From: Clostridia bacterium
GTDB lineage: Bacteria > Bacillota > Clostridia > Oscillospirales > CAG-272
DNA: 64,000 nt
Direction of reading: 5' to 3'
Assembly (NCBI GenBank): GCA_017443595.1
Contig: JAFSYU010000033.1
Span: forward strand, 14,549 to 78,548
The notes under the pieces were generated by a model, which saw nothing but the letters and a program-made list of their open reading frames with translations, was not told the DNA's origin and searched no databases. Made by a program: the position numbers and the translations under genes. Below are positions 44,215 through 53,069 of this stretch, piece after piece. Within the stretch, counting starts at the first letter, position 1, and every line of letters begins with the position of its first letter.

Positions 44215-45099
44215 ATGTCTGACTTTCAGTTCAAGGACAACGTGCTTTCGCTCAGTAAGAAGAATGAGATCATAATACAAAAGTGCAAATGTACCGTTGG
44301 CAGGGACGTTGAGCTTCATTCCCACCGCTTTATCGAGATAGCTTATATAGCGTCGGGAAGCGGCATACACGATATAGGCGACGGATATTCTTCAAAAATA
44401 GAAAAAGGCGACCTTATTCTACTGAATTCAAACGTCAGCCATGGCTTCAAAAGCGAGGACGTCGGGCAGCTTGTGGTATACAACTGCATTTTCGATCCGT
44501 CCGTTCTGCGTTTTGCGATAAACAAAAGCGACGACTTTATTAATATAGTTTACAGTTGTTTGTTCGATAACGAAAAACAGAATTCCGTAAGCAAGCCGTA
44601 CATAATTTTAAACGACGCGGGCGCGGTTTTTCCGGTCATAAACGAGATGTATACCGAATATACGGAAAGACCTAACGGATTTGAAAAGATAAACGAGGCA
44701 AATCTCATACGCCTGCTCGTTTCCATTTTCCGCCTGCAGATGAGCGGCAGGGAAAACGGCGGCGGCGCGTACAGGCACGCTATAGCGGAAAGCGCCGTAA
44801 GATATATGAACGACTATTATAACGAGAAAATAACGTGCGAGATGCTCGCGTCACGCGCTTATTTGAGCACCGGATATTTTCACCGCATTTTCAAATCGGT
44901 CACGGGAGAGGCTCCCATTGAATACCTGCAGAAGCTGCGGCTGCAGAAAGCCGCGGACATGCTTACCAACTCGTCGTCAACGGTCAGACAGACCGCGGCG
45001 GCGGTAGGCTATTCGGACATGAAGCATTTTTATAAGATATTTTATAAAAAATTCGGTCAGACCCCAAAACAGTACCAGGACAGAGAAAATATTGAATAA
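44215..45099 (+). CDS. AraC-family transcriptional regulator (cupin sensor plus HTH)
   Basis: The N-terminal region HSHRFIEIAYIASGSGIH is cupin-like. The C-terminal part is an AraC HTH (SRAYLSTGYFHRIFKSVTGEAPIEYL...GYSDMKHFYKIFYKKFGQTP). The likely start is ATG at 44215 after GGAG. It is divergent from the isomerase-like gene. Confidence 0.85.
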   Translation: MSDFQFKDNVLSLSKKNEIIIQKCKCTVGRDVELHSHRFIEIAYIASGSGIHDIGDGYSSKIEKGDLILLNSNVSHGFKSEDVGQLVVYNCIFDPSVLRFAINKSDDFINIVYSCLFDNEKQNSVSKPYIILNDAGAVFPVINEMYTEYTERPNGFEKINEANLIRLLVSIFRLQMSGRENGGGAYRHAIAESAVRYMNDYYNEKITCEMLASRAYLSTGYFHRIFKSVTGEAPIEYLQKLRLQKAADMLTNSSSTVRQTAAAVGYSDMKHFYKIFYKKFGQTPKQYQDRENIE

Positions 45100-45131
45100 G
45101 GCATATATCATTTAAGAAAGAGGAATTCGGT

Positions 45132-48100
45132 ATGGCAAACAACACTATCAAAAGAGAACCGATAGAACGTATCAACACGGACGTAAACGTCGGTCTCACA
45201 AGCAAGCAGGCTGAGGAGCGTGCCGCAAAAGGCTACGCCAACAAAGCCGACGACCCTAACGAAAAAAGCGCGCTGAAGATCATTGCGGGAAACCTGTTTA
45301 CGTTCTTCAACGTCGTACTGTTCTGTATAGCGGCGGTATTTCTGACGTTCGTCATAGTGCTTAAAGCTATAGGAAGGTCCGACGTTGCGGACTCATATTT
45401 CGGTTTTTCCAAATTCATGTTCCTTATCCCGGCGCTTATGAACGTGGGAATGGGATCGTTCCAGGAGATCCAGAGCCTTAAAGTAATTAAAAAGCTCCGC
45501 ATAGTAACGGAAACAAAATGCAAAATATTAAGAGACGGCAAGGTCATAACGGCGGAAGCGGATAAAATAGTGCTTGACGATATAATCTATATATCCGCCG
45601 GTGATCAGGCTACAGCCGACCTTACAGTAGTGTCGGGCGAGGTGTTCGTTGACGAATCCATGCTTACGGGTGAAGCGGATCACGTCAAAAAAACGCCGGG
45701 CGACAAGATCCTGTCCGGTTCCGCTATTATAGTAGGTGAAGCCAAGTGCAGAGCGGAAGCCGTAGGAAACGACACGTACGCCGTTCAGCTTACCAAAAAG
45801 GTAAAAAGCGGAGCGCGCCACAAGTCCGAGCTGATGACGACCATAATGAGGATAATAAAGATACTCACGGTCGGTCTCGGCATAGCGCTTACGTCCGTTT
45901 TCATAACTTTGATCGTAAAGATAAGCGCATACGGCGCGGACGCGTCCGTATGGGGCATGGAAATGGCGCTGAACGACCCGGTCACCTGGTCACTCATCAT
46001 GCTTACCGGCGGTACGTTCGGCATAGGTATGATCCCGTCCGGGCTCGTGCTTACAACTTCCGTCGCTTTGATGGTGTCCATAGCGCAGCTTACGAAAAAA
46101 CAGACGCTGATACAGGAGCTGTATTCGCTTGAAAACCTTTCACGCGTTGATACTATATGCCTTGATAAAACAGGTACGCTTACCGACGGCACCATGACCG
46201 TGTCCGACGTTAAAACGTTCATATCGGAGGATGAAGTCAGCCGCCACGCAAGAGCGATAGTCGCTTCCGCCGGTGAGCGCAATTCCACCATGGAAGCCGT
46301 ATATAAGAAATTCGGCATAGCCGAACAGCCGGATTACAAAGAAGTCATCCCGTTTTCAAGCGCGACAAAGTATTCCGGTCTTGTATATAAGGACGGCAAG
46401 CGTCTTTTGATGGGCGCGCCGGAATATCTGCTTGACGCAAACGACGAAAAACTGAAAATTTCCTCGGATTACGCAAAAGAAGGCAAACGCGTCGTAGCCA
46501 TGACGCTTGACGGTGAGCTTATAGCGTTTATAGCCATTGAGGACCATATAAGAGACACCGCGCCGGATACGCTTAAATTCTTCCGTGAAAACGGCGTTAC
46601 GGTCAAAGTCATTTCCGGAGACAATCCGCTTACCGTAAGTAAGATAGCGGAACAGTGCGGCATAGTGAATGCCGACAAGTACATATCGCTGTCCGGCGTA
46701 CCGCTTGAAAAAATACCGGAGATAGCGGAAGAATATACCGTGTTTGCCAGAGTTTCACCGGAACAAAAGGAAGCTCTCGTGGCGGCGCTTCAGTCAAAGG
46801 GCCATAAGGTAGCCATGACCGGCGACGGTGTAAACGATATACTTGCGCTGCGCCGTTCGGATTCTTCCATAACGTTTGCAAAAGCAACGGAAGCGGCAAA
46901 ATCCTGCTCCGACGTCGTATTGCTTGATAACGATTTTTCACATCTGAAGGAAGTCGTCGGAGAGGGCAGACGCGTTATAAGCAACATACAGAGAACGGCG
47001 GTGCTGTATCTGATGAAATCTTTAGCCGTCTTCATATTCGCGTTTGCGCTCATCCCGTTTGCCAAAGGTCAGATGTGGCTGTCTGTTGAAAACCTGTATA
47101 TGCTTGAAGCCGCTGTAATAGGCACCGGCGGATTCCTGCTCTCGCTTGAGCCGATGCGCACGCCTATCAAAGGCTCGTTTCTTAAAAACATCCTGTCGCA
47201 GTCGGTCGCGGCGGGCATACTTGCGGCTCTGTCCATATTGCTGCCCATAATGCTCAATACCATACCGCCGCACTTCGGACTTGCTCCGTTCGTTTCAGAC
47301 GTCAACGTCAGACCGATGATGACGCTGTTTCTGATGTCCGCCGGATTCGTAGTTATATTCTCGTCGTGCATACCGTTCAACAAATACCGGGCGTTCGTGC
47401 TTGTGGCGCTTCTGACCGTCGCTTTCATACTAGGTATGATGCTGCCGGCTTCGTATATAGGCGGCAAGACCATAGGCGAAGGTATGCTTGCGTTTGATAA
47501 AGCTGCGGGGCAGACGATATTCGATTCGCAGCTTGTGCGCGAGATGTTCAGACCCGGCAATTCTGAGGTCATCAAAAACCTTATAGCGGACAGAAACAAC
47601 TTCCTCGTTATAAGATTATTCTTCTATATAGCGGTACCGATATTCGTTTTAGTAAGATTTGCGGTAGAGAACTTTGCAAGAAAGCAGTACAAGGACGTTA
47701 AGAAAAACAGAGCGTTCCGCATAGGCAGAAGACTTATGCTGGCGTCCGGCTTCGTGCTGATACTCCACGCGATACTCGCCGCGATAGAAACGTTTACAAA
47801 TACCGGATCAATGGTGAATATCAGCTCGGGATTCACGCAGCTTCAGGGCTTATCCGCGTTTATAAGCATCGTATTCGTCGTTTTCCATCTTGCTATAGGA
47901 TATATCGGATACAAGCTGTGGAAGGATCCGACGAAGAAAATGATCAAAATAGCGTTTATTTCAGCAGTCGCTCTGCTTGTGCTTACCGTGATCTCAACGG
48001 TTTTGTCTAACTCTTTTATAAACCTGTCATCCGACGCGCTTATAATGTTTGACAGTATTGTTATCCTCGCGATAACCGTGGCTTATATCGTTGGCGCGAT

Positions 48101-48152
48101 CATAGTACGCTCAAGATATGACCTCGGACTTGAAAAACCGAGAGATAAATAA
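45132..48152 (+). CDS. P-type cation-translocating ATPase (HAD-IC) with extra C-terminal TM helices
   Basis: Phosphorylation site CLDKTGTLTDG, TGEADHV and MTGDGVNDILAL. At 1006 aa it has about 170 hydrophobic residues beyond the usual end. Confidence 0.9.
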   Translation: MANNTIKREPIERINTDVNVGLTSKQAEERAAKGYANKADDPNEKSALKIIAGNLFTFFNVVLFCIAAVFLTFVIVLKAIGRSDVADSYFGFSKFMFLIPALMNVGMGSFQEIQSLKVIKKLRIVTETKCKILRDGKVITAEADKIVLDDIIYISAGDQATADLTVVSGEVFVDESMLTGEADHVKKTPGDKILSGSAIIVGEAKCRAEAVGNDTYAVQLTKKVKSGARHKSELMTTIMRIIKILTVGLGIALTSVFITLIVKISAYGADASVWGMEMALNDPVTWSLIMLTGGTFGIGMIPSGLVLTTSVALMVSIAQLTKKQTLIQELYSLENLSRVDTICLDKTGTLTDGTMTVSDVKTFISEDEVSRHARAIVASAGERNSTMEAVYKKFGIAEQPDYKEVIPFSSATKYSGLVYKDGKRLLMGAPEYLLDANDEKLKISSDYAKEGKRVVAMTLDGELIAFIAIEDHIRDTAPDTLKFFRENGVTVKVISGDNPLTVSKIAEQCGIVNADKYISLSGVPLEKIPEIAEEYTVFARVSPEQKEALVAALQSKGHKVAMTGDGVNDILALRRSDSSITFAKATEAAKSCSDVVLLDNDFSHLKEVVGEGRRVISNIQRTAVLYLMKSLAVFIFAFALIPFAKGQMWLSVENLYMLEAAVIGTGGFLLSLEPMRTPIKGSFLKNILSQSVAAGILAALSILLPIMLNTIPPHFGLAPFVSDVNVRPMMTLFLMSAGFVVIFSSCIPFNKYRAFVLVALLTVAFILGMMLPASYIGGKTIGEGMLAFDKAAGQTIFDSQLVREMFRPGNSEVIKNLIADRNNFLVIRLFFYIAVPIFVLVRFAVENFARKQYKDVKKNRAFRIGRRLMLASGFVLILHAILAAIETFTNTGSMVNISSGFTQLQGLSAFISIVFVVFHLAIGYIGYKLWKDPTKKMIKIAFISAVALLVLTVISTVLSNSFINLSSDALIMFDSIVILAITVAYIVGAIIVRSRYDLGLEKPRDK

Positions 48153-48179
48153 TATCTTCGCATAAAAAAGTGGTAATAT

Positions 48180-48383
48180 ATGAAAGAAATAGTAATAAGA
48201 AAAACAAATTTTCAGATAGTGGGATACGTCCAGGTCGAAAGCAACGGAGACAAGACTGTCACGGATTATTACAGACGCGTATTAGGCAGTTACGACGCCG
48301 CAAGCGATACGGTCCGTGACTTTCAGGGACGCGTCATAGCCCGCGGAGACGCCGCGGTGATACTGCTGAAAGATCAGTTTTAA
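48180..48383 (+). CDS. Small hypothetical protein (67 aa)
   Basis: Complete ORF with no recognisable motifs. Its stop codon lies in the first nucleotides of the duplicated block. Confidence 0.35.
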   Translation: MKEIVIRKTNFQIVGYVQVESNGDKTVTDYYRRVLGSYDAASDTVRDFQGRVIARGDAAVILLKDQF

Positions 48384-48660
48384 CGCTGCGTTCGATTCCC
48401 CTCCTTAAACCATAGCACCAAACAAAAAGGCACCGTATGGTGCCTTTTGTTTGGTGGAGATGAGGGGAATCGTTCTTGATTTTTGCAAGGCAATTTGAGC
48501 AGATTTGTTCTGCGTGCCTTGCAAAAATCTTCGGTCACCGCTAAAAACGCTCCCCCGGAGCGTTTTCTTAACGCTGCGTTCGATTCCCCTCCTTAAACCA
48601 TAGCACCAAACAAAAAGGCACCGTATGGTGCCTTTTGTTTGGTGGAGATGAGGGGAATCG
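48381..48660. repeat. Direct duplication of a 92-bp block (period 188 bp) that includes the last 21 nt of tmRNA
   Basis: TAACGCTGCGTTCGATTCCCCTCCTTAAACCATAGCACCAAACAAAAAGGCACCGTATGGTGCCTTTTGTTTGGTGGAGATGAGGGGAATCG occurs at 48381-48472 and at 48569-48660. The 96 bp between the copies form two hairpins. Confidence 0.9.
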
Positions 48661-48992
48661 AACCCCTGTCCGAAAAGTCATCCTCGAGACTTTCTACGGG
48701 CGTATCGCGTCTTTTATAATTCCCCTCATCAAGCGCCGGCGCGCAGGCTCTTGACTTGAGTATCTTTTTTCTTTATGGCCGCTTCAAAAGAAAACCGGCG
48801 GCGCACATTTACCACTGTGTCACGCCCGCATCACGGCCGTGGTACTCCGTGAAGGGACGCTCGCGCGCTCAGGCAGCGAGAGCTACTCTATTAGTGTTAG
48901 CGTTTATATTTAAATTGCGGCTTTTATAGAGGCACCGCACCTCTGCCCGCTTATCAGGATTCCGGCTCCCCGTCGAAAACCTTTGCATCCCC
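48640..48992 (-). ncRNA. ssrA: tmRNA (SsrA), predicted tag ANTNRVALAA
   Basis: The minus strand reads 5' GGGGATGCAAAGGTTTTCGACGGGG ... GGGGTTCGATTCCCCTCATCTCCACCA 3'. The acceptor stem has the G3:U wobble. The tag frame GCT AAC ACT AAT AGA GTA GCT CTC GCT GCC TGA lies at 48869-48901. The gene is directly downstream of smpB. Confidence 0.9.
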
Positions 48993-48995
48993 AAA

Positions 48996-49469
48996 TTAAA
49001 ATTTTCCGTTTGATTTTTCCGCCCTTTCGATATCCCGCGCGGCGCGCTTTTTGGCGTCGTCGTCGCGTTTATCGTACAGCTTTTTGCCTTTGCAGAGCCC
49101 GAGTTCCACTTTGACGAGCGATTTTCTGAAATACACGGACAGCGGAATGAGCGTCAGTCCCTCCTGGCTCACCTTGCCGAAGAGCTTCATTATCTCTTTT
49201 TTATGCATAAGCAGCCGTTTTTCCCTGTCCGGATCACGGTTGAAAATATTGCCCTGCTCGTAAGGCTTGACGTGGATACCCGTTGCAAATATCTCGCCGC
49301 CTTTTACAAAGCAGTAAGAGTCTTTCAGATTCACGTTGCCGCCGCGTATGCTTTTTACCTCGGTACCGAAAAGCTCGACGCCGCACTCGTACTTTTCAAG
49401 CACGAAATAATCGTGATACGCTTTTTTATTAGAAGCTATAAGCTTTATCCCGTCCCTGTTTTCCGCCAC
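48996..49469 (-). CDS. smpB: SsrA-binding protein SmpB
   Basis: 157 aa. IASNKKAYHDYFVLEKYECGVELFGTEVKSIR and KRLLMHKKEI. Confidence 0.95.
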   Translation of the reverse strand: MAENRDGIKLIASNKKAYHDYFVLEKYECGVELFGTEVKSIRGGNVNLKDSYCFVKGGEIFATGIHVKPYEQGNIFNRDPDREKRLLMHKKEIMKLFGKVSQEGLTLIPLSVYFRKSLVKVELGLCKGKKLYDKRDDDAKKRAARDIERAEKSNGKF

Positions 49470-49534
49470 GGCGTCTCACCTCCTTTTTTTGATTCGGACT
49501 TGTATTATACTATAAAAAATCCGTTTTGTCAACA

Positions 49535-50386
49535 TCAAATATACAGCTTTAACGTATCTTCTATCCAGTATTCGTATTTGCAATTCGGACAGAGTTTTTC
49601 ATATTCTTTCATTTTCAGATATAATTCAACTCCGTCCGACGGATCGTGCCAGATATCCGCAAAAACAAAATCGTATAAATTTTTTGCGTAATTCTGTTCC
49701 GCGTATTCAAACGCGTCCGCTTTGATCATTTTTATTTTATCCTTACATGAAAACCGCGGCAATATAACGTCGGAGAACAGTTTTATCACGTTTTCGTCGC
49801 GCTCTACGACCGTAACGGAAGAAACGCTGTCTTTTGCCGCCGCGGAAAGCGCAAAATATCCGAGCCCGAGCCCGAAAGTCAGAACCCTGCCGAACGAGTT
49901 TTCAACGTGCGGCTTTATGGTTATCGTTTCGTTCGGCAAAAGCGTCATCCATTCGCGCCCGTCCTCAAGTACCGCCGGATATTCAAAATCGCGCTCAAAA
50001 TATCCTATCCGCGGCAGGATCCTGCCGTCCGGCAAAATATCCGGATCACCGCATACGAACGCCTCGTACGCCTTGCAGGTCATATGCGTAAGGAGCCAGC
50101 CGCCGAGCTGTTTTTCTTCAAACGATACCGTTTTATAGTACGGATCGTTTTCAAAATCCGCGGGGTCAAGCTTGTGTACCATCGGAATGAAATACTTTCT
50201 GTAAAGCAGCTTGTCGTCCGGGTCGTTCACCGTGTCGAGCATACACGCGGCGGAGAGAAGAGCGGAGAAAGCAAGCTCATCTCCGCCCGTGTTTTTATAA
50301 AGCTCTCCGTTTATGAAATGCGGAGCATAATTCAAATACATGCTCATGCATTCAAAAACCCGTTGGTTGTATTTTTTGTAATCCAA
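49535..50386 (-). CDS. Spermidine-synthase-like / SAM-dependent methyltransferase-fold protein
   Basis: RVLTFGLGLGYFA...VTVVERDENV...DFVFADIW resembles the spermine/spermidine synthase fold. The function is unclear. Confidence 0.4.
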   Translation of the reverse strand: MDYKKYNQRVFECMSMYLNYAPHFINGELYKNTGGDELAFSALLSAACMLDTVNDPDDKLLYRKYFIPMVHKLDPADFENDPYYKTVSFEEKQLGGWLLTHMTCKAYEAFVCGDPDILPDGRILPRIGYFERDFEYPAVLEDGREWMTLLPNETITIKPHVENSFGRVLTFGLGLGYFALSAAAKDSVSSVTVVERDENVIKLFSDVILPRFSCKDKIKMIKADAFEYAEQNYAKNLYDFVFADIWHDPSDGVELYLKMKEYEKLCPNCKYEYWIEDTLKLYI

Positions 50387-50441
50387 AACAATTACCTGAT
50401 GATTTTTTGCCGCTGTGTTTTGAAACGGTATAATATGTTAT

Positions 50442-52478
50442 TTATCTGCTGAAAGACCATGCGACGCAGGGAACGCCGGCAGAGTTACAGAGCGTTAAGG
50501 TTTCTGAGTACGTACTGTCGCACTTTACGTTGTAACCGATCTTTGAGATCTTTCCTTTGGTGTACGTTACCGTTATAGTATCCTTCGCGGTTATTTGGAC
50601 CGTTGCGGGATCGTTTGAATACATCGAGCCTATCTTTATGCCTTTTATGACTCCGCCGTTTGCTTTAAGGCCGTCGCCCACGTTTTTGAATTTGATAGTG
50701 GCGGTCTTGTAATCCGATGAGAACGTGCAGGACACGGCTACCGGTCCTTCAACGTAATCGGTCTTGCCGACGCCGTAGGAGTTGGCAAGCATTATGTTTT
50801 TCATACGTTCGGCGATCTCCCACTTGTTGTACGGGTGGAGATTGTTCCAGTATGTATTGTCCTTCCACAGATCGGAGGTGGAGCAGATATGGGCGTTTTC
50901 CAGCATTGACGGGATAGTGCCCATATTCGCCCTTACGGCTGAAAAGTCAATAAACGCTTTATTACCGCTTCCGTCGTATATATTATCATAAATAGGCGGC
51001 AGCTCTACTAAATATACGGGGTAATCGTGATTTTTCAGATCGTGCTTATCTCTTAAGTATTTGATAAACGCCGTAAATCTTTTTGCGTATTCGGTGCTGT
51101 TGTTATTGTTCAGCGTACCGCTGCCAAAGTCGGATTCTCCCTGATACCAGATAAATCCCGCTATAGGATAGTTCTGGAACGGATACATGGCAAGGTTGTA
51201 AATAAATGATGATTTTGCGCGATTTACATCCGCTGCCGAGTACGTACCGGTAGCGGCGTCGTACGTGCTTACGTTCAGTGCGTCACGCACTTCATTCGGC
51301 AAAAACGAGTGTATCGCAAGACCGTTGCCGTCAAACTCTATCATTCCGATCGGTACCTTGCGTTCAAGAGCGTTATAGAGCTTCAGAGCCGTGAAATATC
51401 CGAGAGCGGTAAAATTTTTCGCCGCGGTAAAACCGTTTTCGTCAGAATCACTCGGTCTTTTCCATCCGCGTGACTGTAAAACGTCTTTGCTTACTTCGTT
51501 TGAACCTATAGTATAGCCTTTGTTTGCAAAATCGGCGGCATACGTTCTGTTAAGACGGATCTGCAGATCGTTGCTCATATCAACGTTTCTTGCTTCCTGA
51601 GGCGCAAGAGGTTCGCCTATTATGCTTTGGACTGGATACGCGATATTTGACTGACCGGCTATCCAGTAAACGTCTCCGACGAGGACTCCGGTTATCAGTT
51701 TTTCAACGTATTTGCCGTTTTCTTTCAGTGCGCCTTTGATCCTTAACTGCTGAGGCGTCGTATTTTCGGGCAGCGGGTCCAGCGTGATCATCCATTCGCC
51801 GTTCTTTATCTGCGCTTTGCCGGTAAGACCGGAGAATTCCGCGCGTACGTATTTGCCTTCTTCCGTATCCGGTGCCCAGCCCCAGATGCGTATCGGCTCG
51901 TTGCGCTGTATGACCATGTTTTTGCCGTAAACGCGGGAAACGGTGAATTTTTCAGCATATTCAACGCTTTCTTCTTCCGTCGTTTCCTCTTCGGTCTCAG
52001 TCTCCGTTTCTGTCTCGGATTCGGTTGCCACGGGTTCGCTTGATTCTTCTTCGCTTGATTCTTCTTTTGACGTTTCGTCATCCGTTACTTCTTCTGAAGA
52101 ATCTTCATTTGTTATTATCTCCTCGGACGAACTTCCGGTGTCGGTCACATCGTCTGTGACCTCTTCGGTGTCAGTGTTTTCTTCGGTATCTTCTTCGGTC
52201 TCTTCATCCGAGACTTCCGGTATATCGTTTGCACTGACGGCTCTGAAAAGATCGACAACGTCTTTGTTGTTTACCTCGCCGTCACCGTTGAAATCGCAGT
52301 TTGCTTCAACCGCGCCGTCCTTATTTCCGCTGACGTATCTGAAAAGAGTCACAACGTCCTTGTTGTCCACCTCGGAGTCTCCGTTTGTGTCTCCGAGCCT
52401 TGCGGAGAAAACGGAAGCGCCTAAGATCGACGTGCAGAGGAACGCCGTTAAGAGGATAAATGATATTAGCTTTTTCAT
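50442..52478 (-). CDS. Secreted SASA-type (sialate O-acetylesterase-like) carbohydrate esterase with an N-terminal dockerin
   Basis: Signal peptide, then dockerin repeats GDTNGDSEVDNKDVVTLFRYVSG and CDFNGDGEVNNKDVVDLFRAVS. An acidic TE/SE linker follows. Catalytic motifs are VYWIAGQSNIAYP and GFIWYQGESD. Confidence 0.75.
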   Translation of the reverse strand: MKKLISFILLTAFLCTSILGASVFSARLGDTNGDSEVDNKDVVTLFRYVSGNKDGAVEANCDFNGDGEVNNKDVVDLFRAVSANDIPEVSDEETEEDTEENTDTEEVTDDVTDTGSSSEEIITNEDSSEEVTDDETSKEESSEEESSEPVATESETETETETEEETTEEESVEYAEKFTVSRVYGKNMVIQRNEPIRIWGWAPDTEEGKYVRAEFSGLTGKAQIKNGEWMITLDPLPENTTPQQLRIKGALKENGKYVEKLITGVLVGDVYWIAGQSNIAYPVQSIIGEPLAPQEARNVDMSNDLQIRLNRTYAADFANKGYTIGSNEVSKDVLQSRGWKRPSDSDENGFTAAKNFTALGYFTALKLYNALERKVPIGMIEFDGNGLAIHSFLPNEVRDALNVSTYDAATGTYSAADVNRAKSSFIYNLAMYPFQNYPIAGFIWYQGESDFGSGTLNNNNSTEYAKRFTAFIKYLRDKHDLKNHDYPVYLVELPPIYDNIYDGSGNKAFIDFSAVRANMGTIPSMLENAHICSTSDLWKDNTYWNNLHPYNKWEIAERMKNIMLANSYGVGKTDYVEGPVAVSCTFSSDYKTATIKFKNVGDGLKANGGVIKGIKIGSMYSNDPATVQITAKDTITVTYTKGKISKIGYNVKCDSTYSETLTLCNSAGVPCVAWSFSR

Positions 52479-52493
52479 TTACTTCCCGCCTTT

Positions 52494-52871
52494 CTAAATT
52501 TTATAATTATTCAAAAATATAATTATCAGCACGAACGCGACGCCGCCGAAAGCCGCCGCCGCAGACGATAACGCCGTGAGCATAACGCTGTATATCCTCA
52601 CAACGCCTTCATTGTTAACGATGGATTTTATTGAAAATACGACGGAAACGACCGCAAAAAACATAGTCAGAGCAGTCAAAAAACACAAGACCGCGATCTT
52701 TGCCGCGGATACCGCGTAAAATGCTATAATGCCGCCGATACCGTTGAGTCCGGAGGTAAAATCGGAAAAATGAAAACACGCAGAAACAAGCGCGGTAAGT
52801 ATTGCCGCCGCGGCAAACGTACACGCTGTAAGAAAGCACGTTTTTTCAGACATTTTTCTTCTTTTTTTCAT
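52494..52871 (-). CDS. Small integral membrane protein
   Basis: Four hydrophobic helices. The start is uncertain: ATG at 52871, or 52946 as in the ORF track. Confidence 0.45.
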   Translation of the reverse strand: MKKRRKMSEKTCFLTACTFAAAAILTALVSACFHFSDFTSGLNGIGGIIAFYAVSAAKIAVLCFLTALTMFFAVVSVVFSIKSIVNNEGVVRIYSVMLTALSSAAAAFGGVAFVLIIIFLNNYKI

Positions 52872-53069
52872 GGCAGAATACTTTTCAGTCACATTGATTT
52901 CGGCGCAAACGGTTTTTGATGATCGCCGATATGTATTATTATACACAATTATTCAGATTTGTCAATACTTTTAAAATTTACTTTATCTTTACACAGATAC
53001 ATTATGACTTAATTTTCAGTTTTCATTTGTGTGCTATTATTTGAGCAAATAACAAAATCGGAGAAATCT

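Noticed and set aside
48381-48992. Intact genomic island or prophage integrated at ssrA
   Set aside because: Only 96 bp lie between the duplicated blocks. There is no integrase, excisionase or phage gene anywhere nearby. At most this is a scar.
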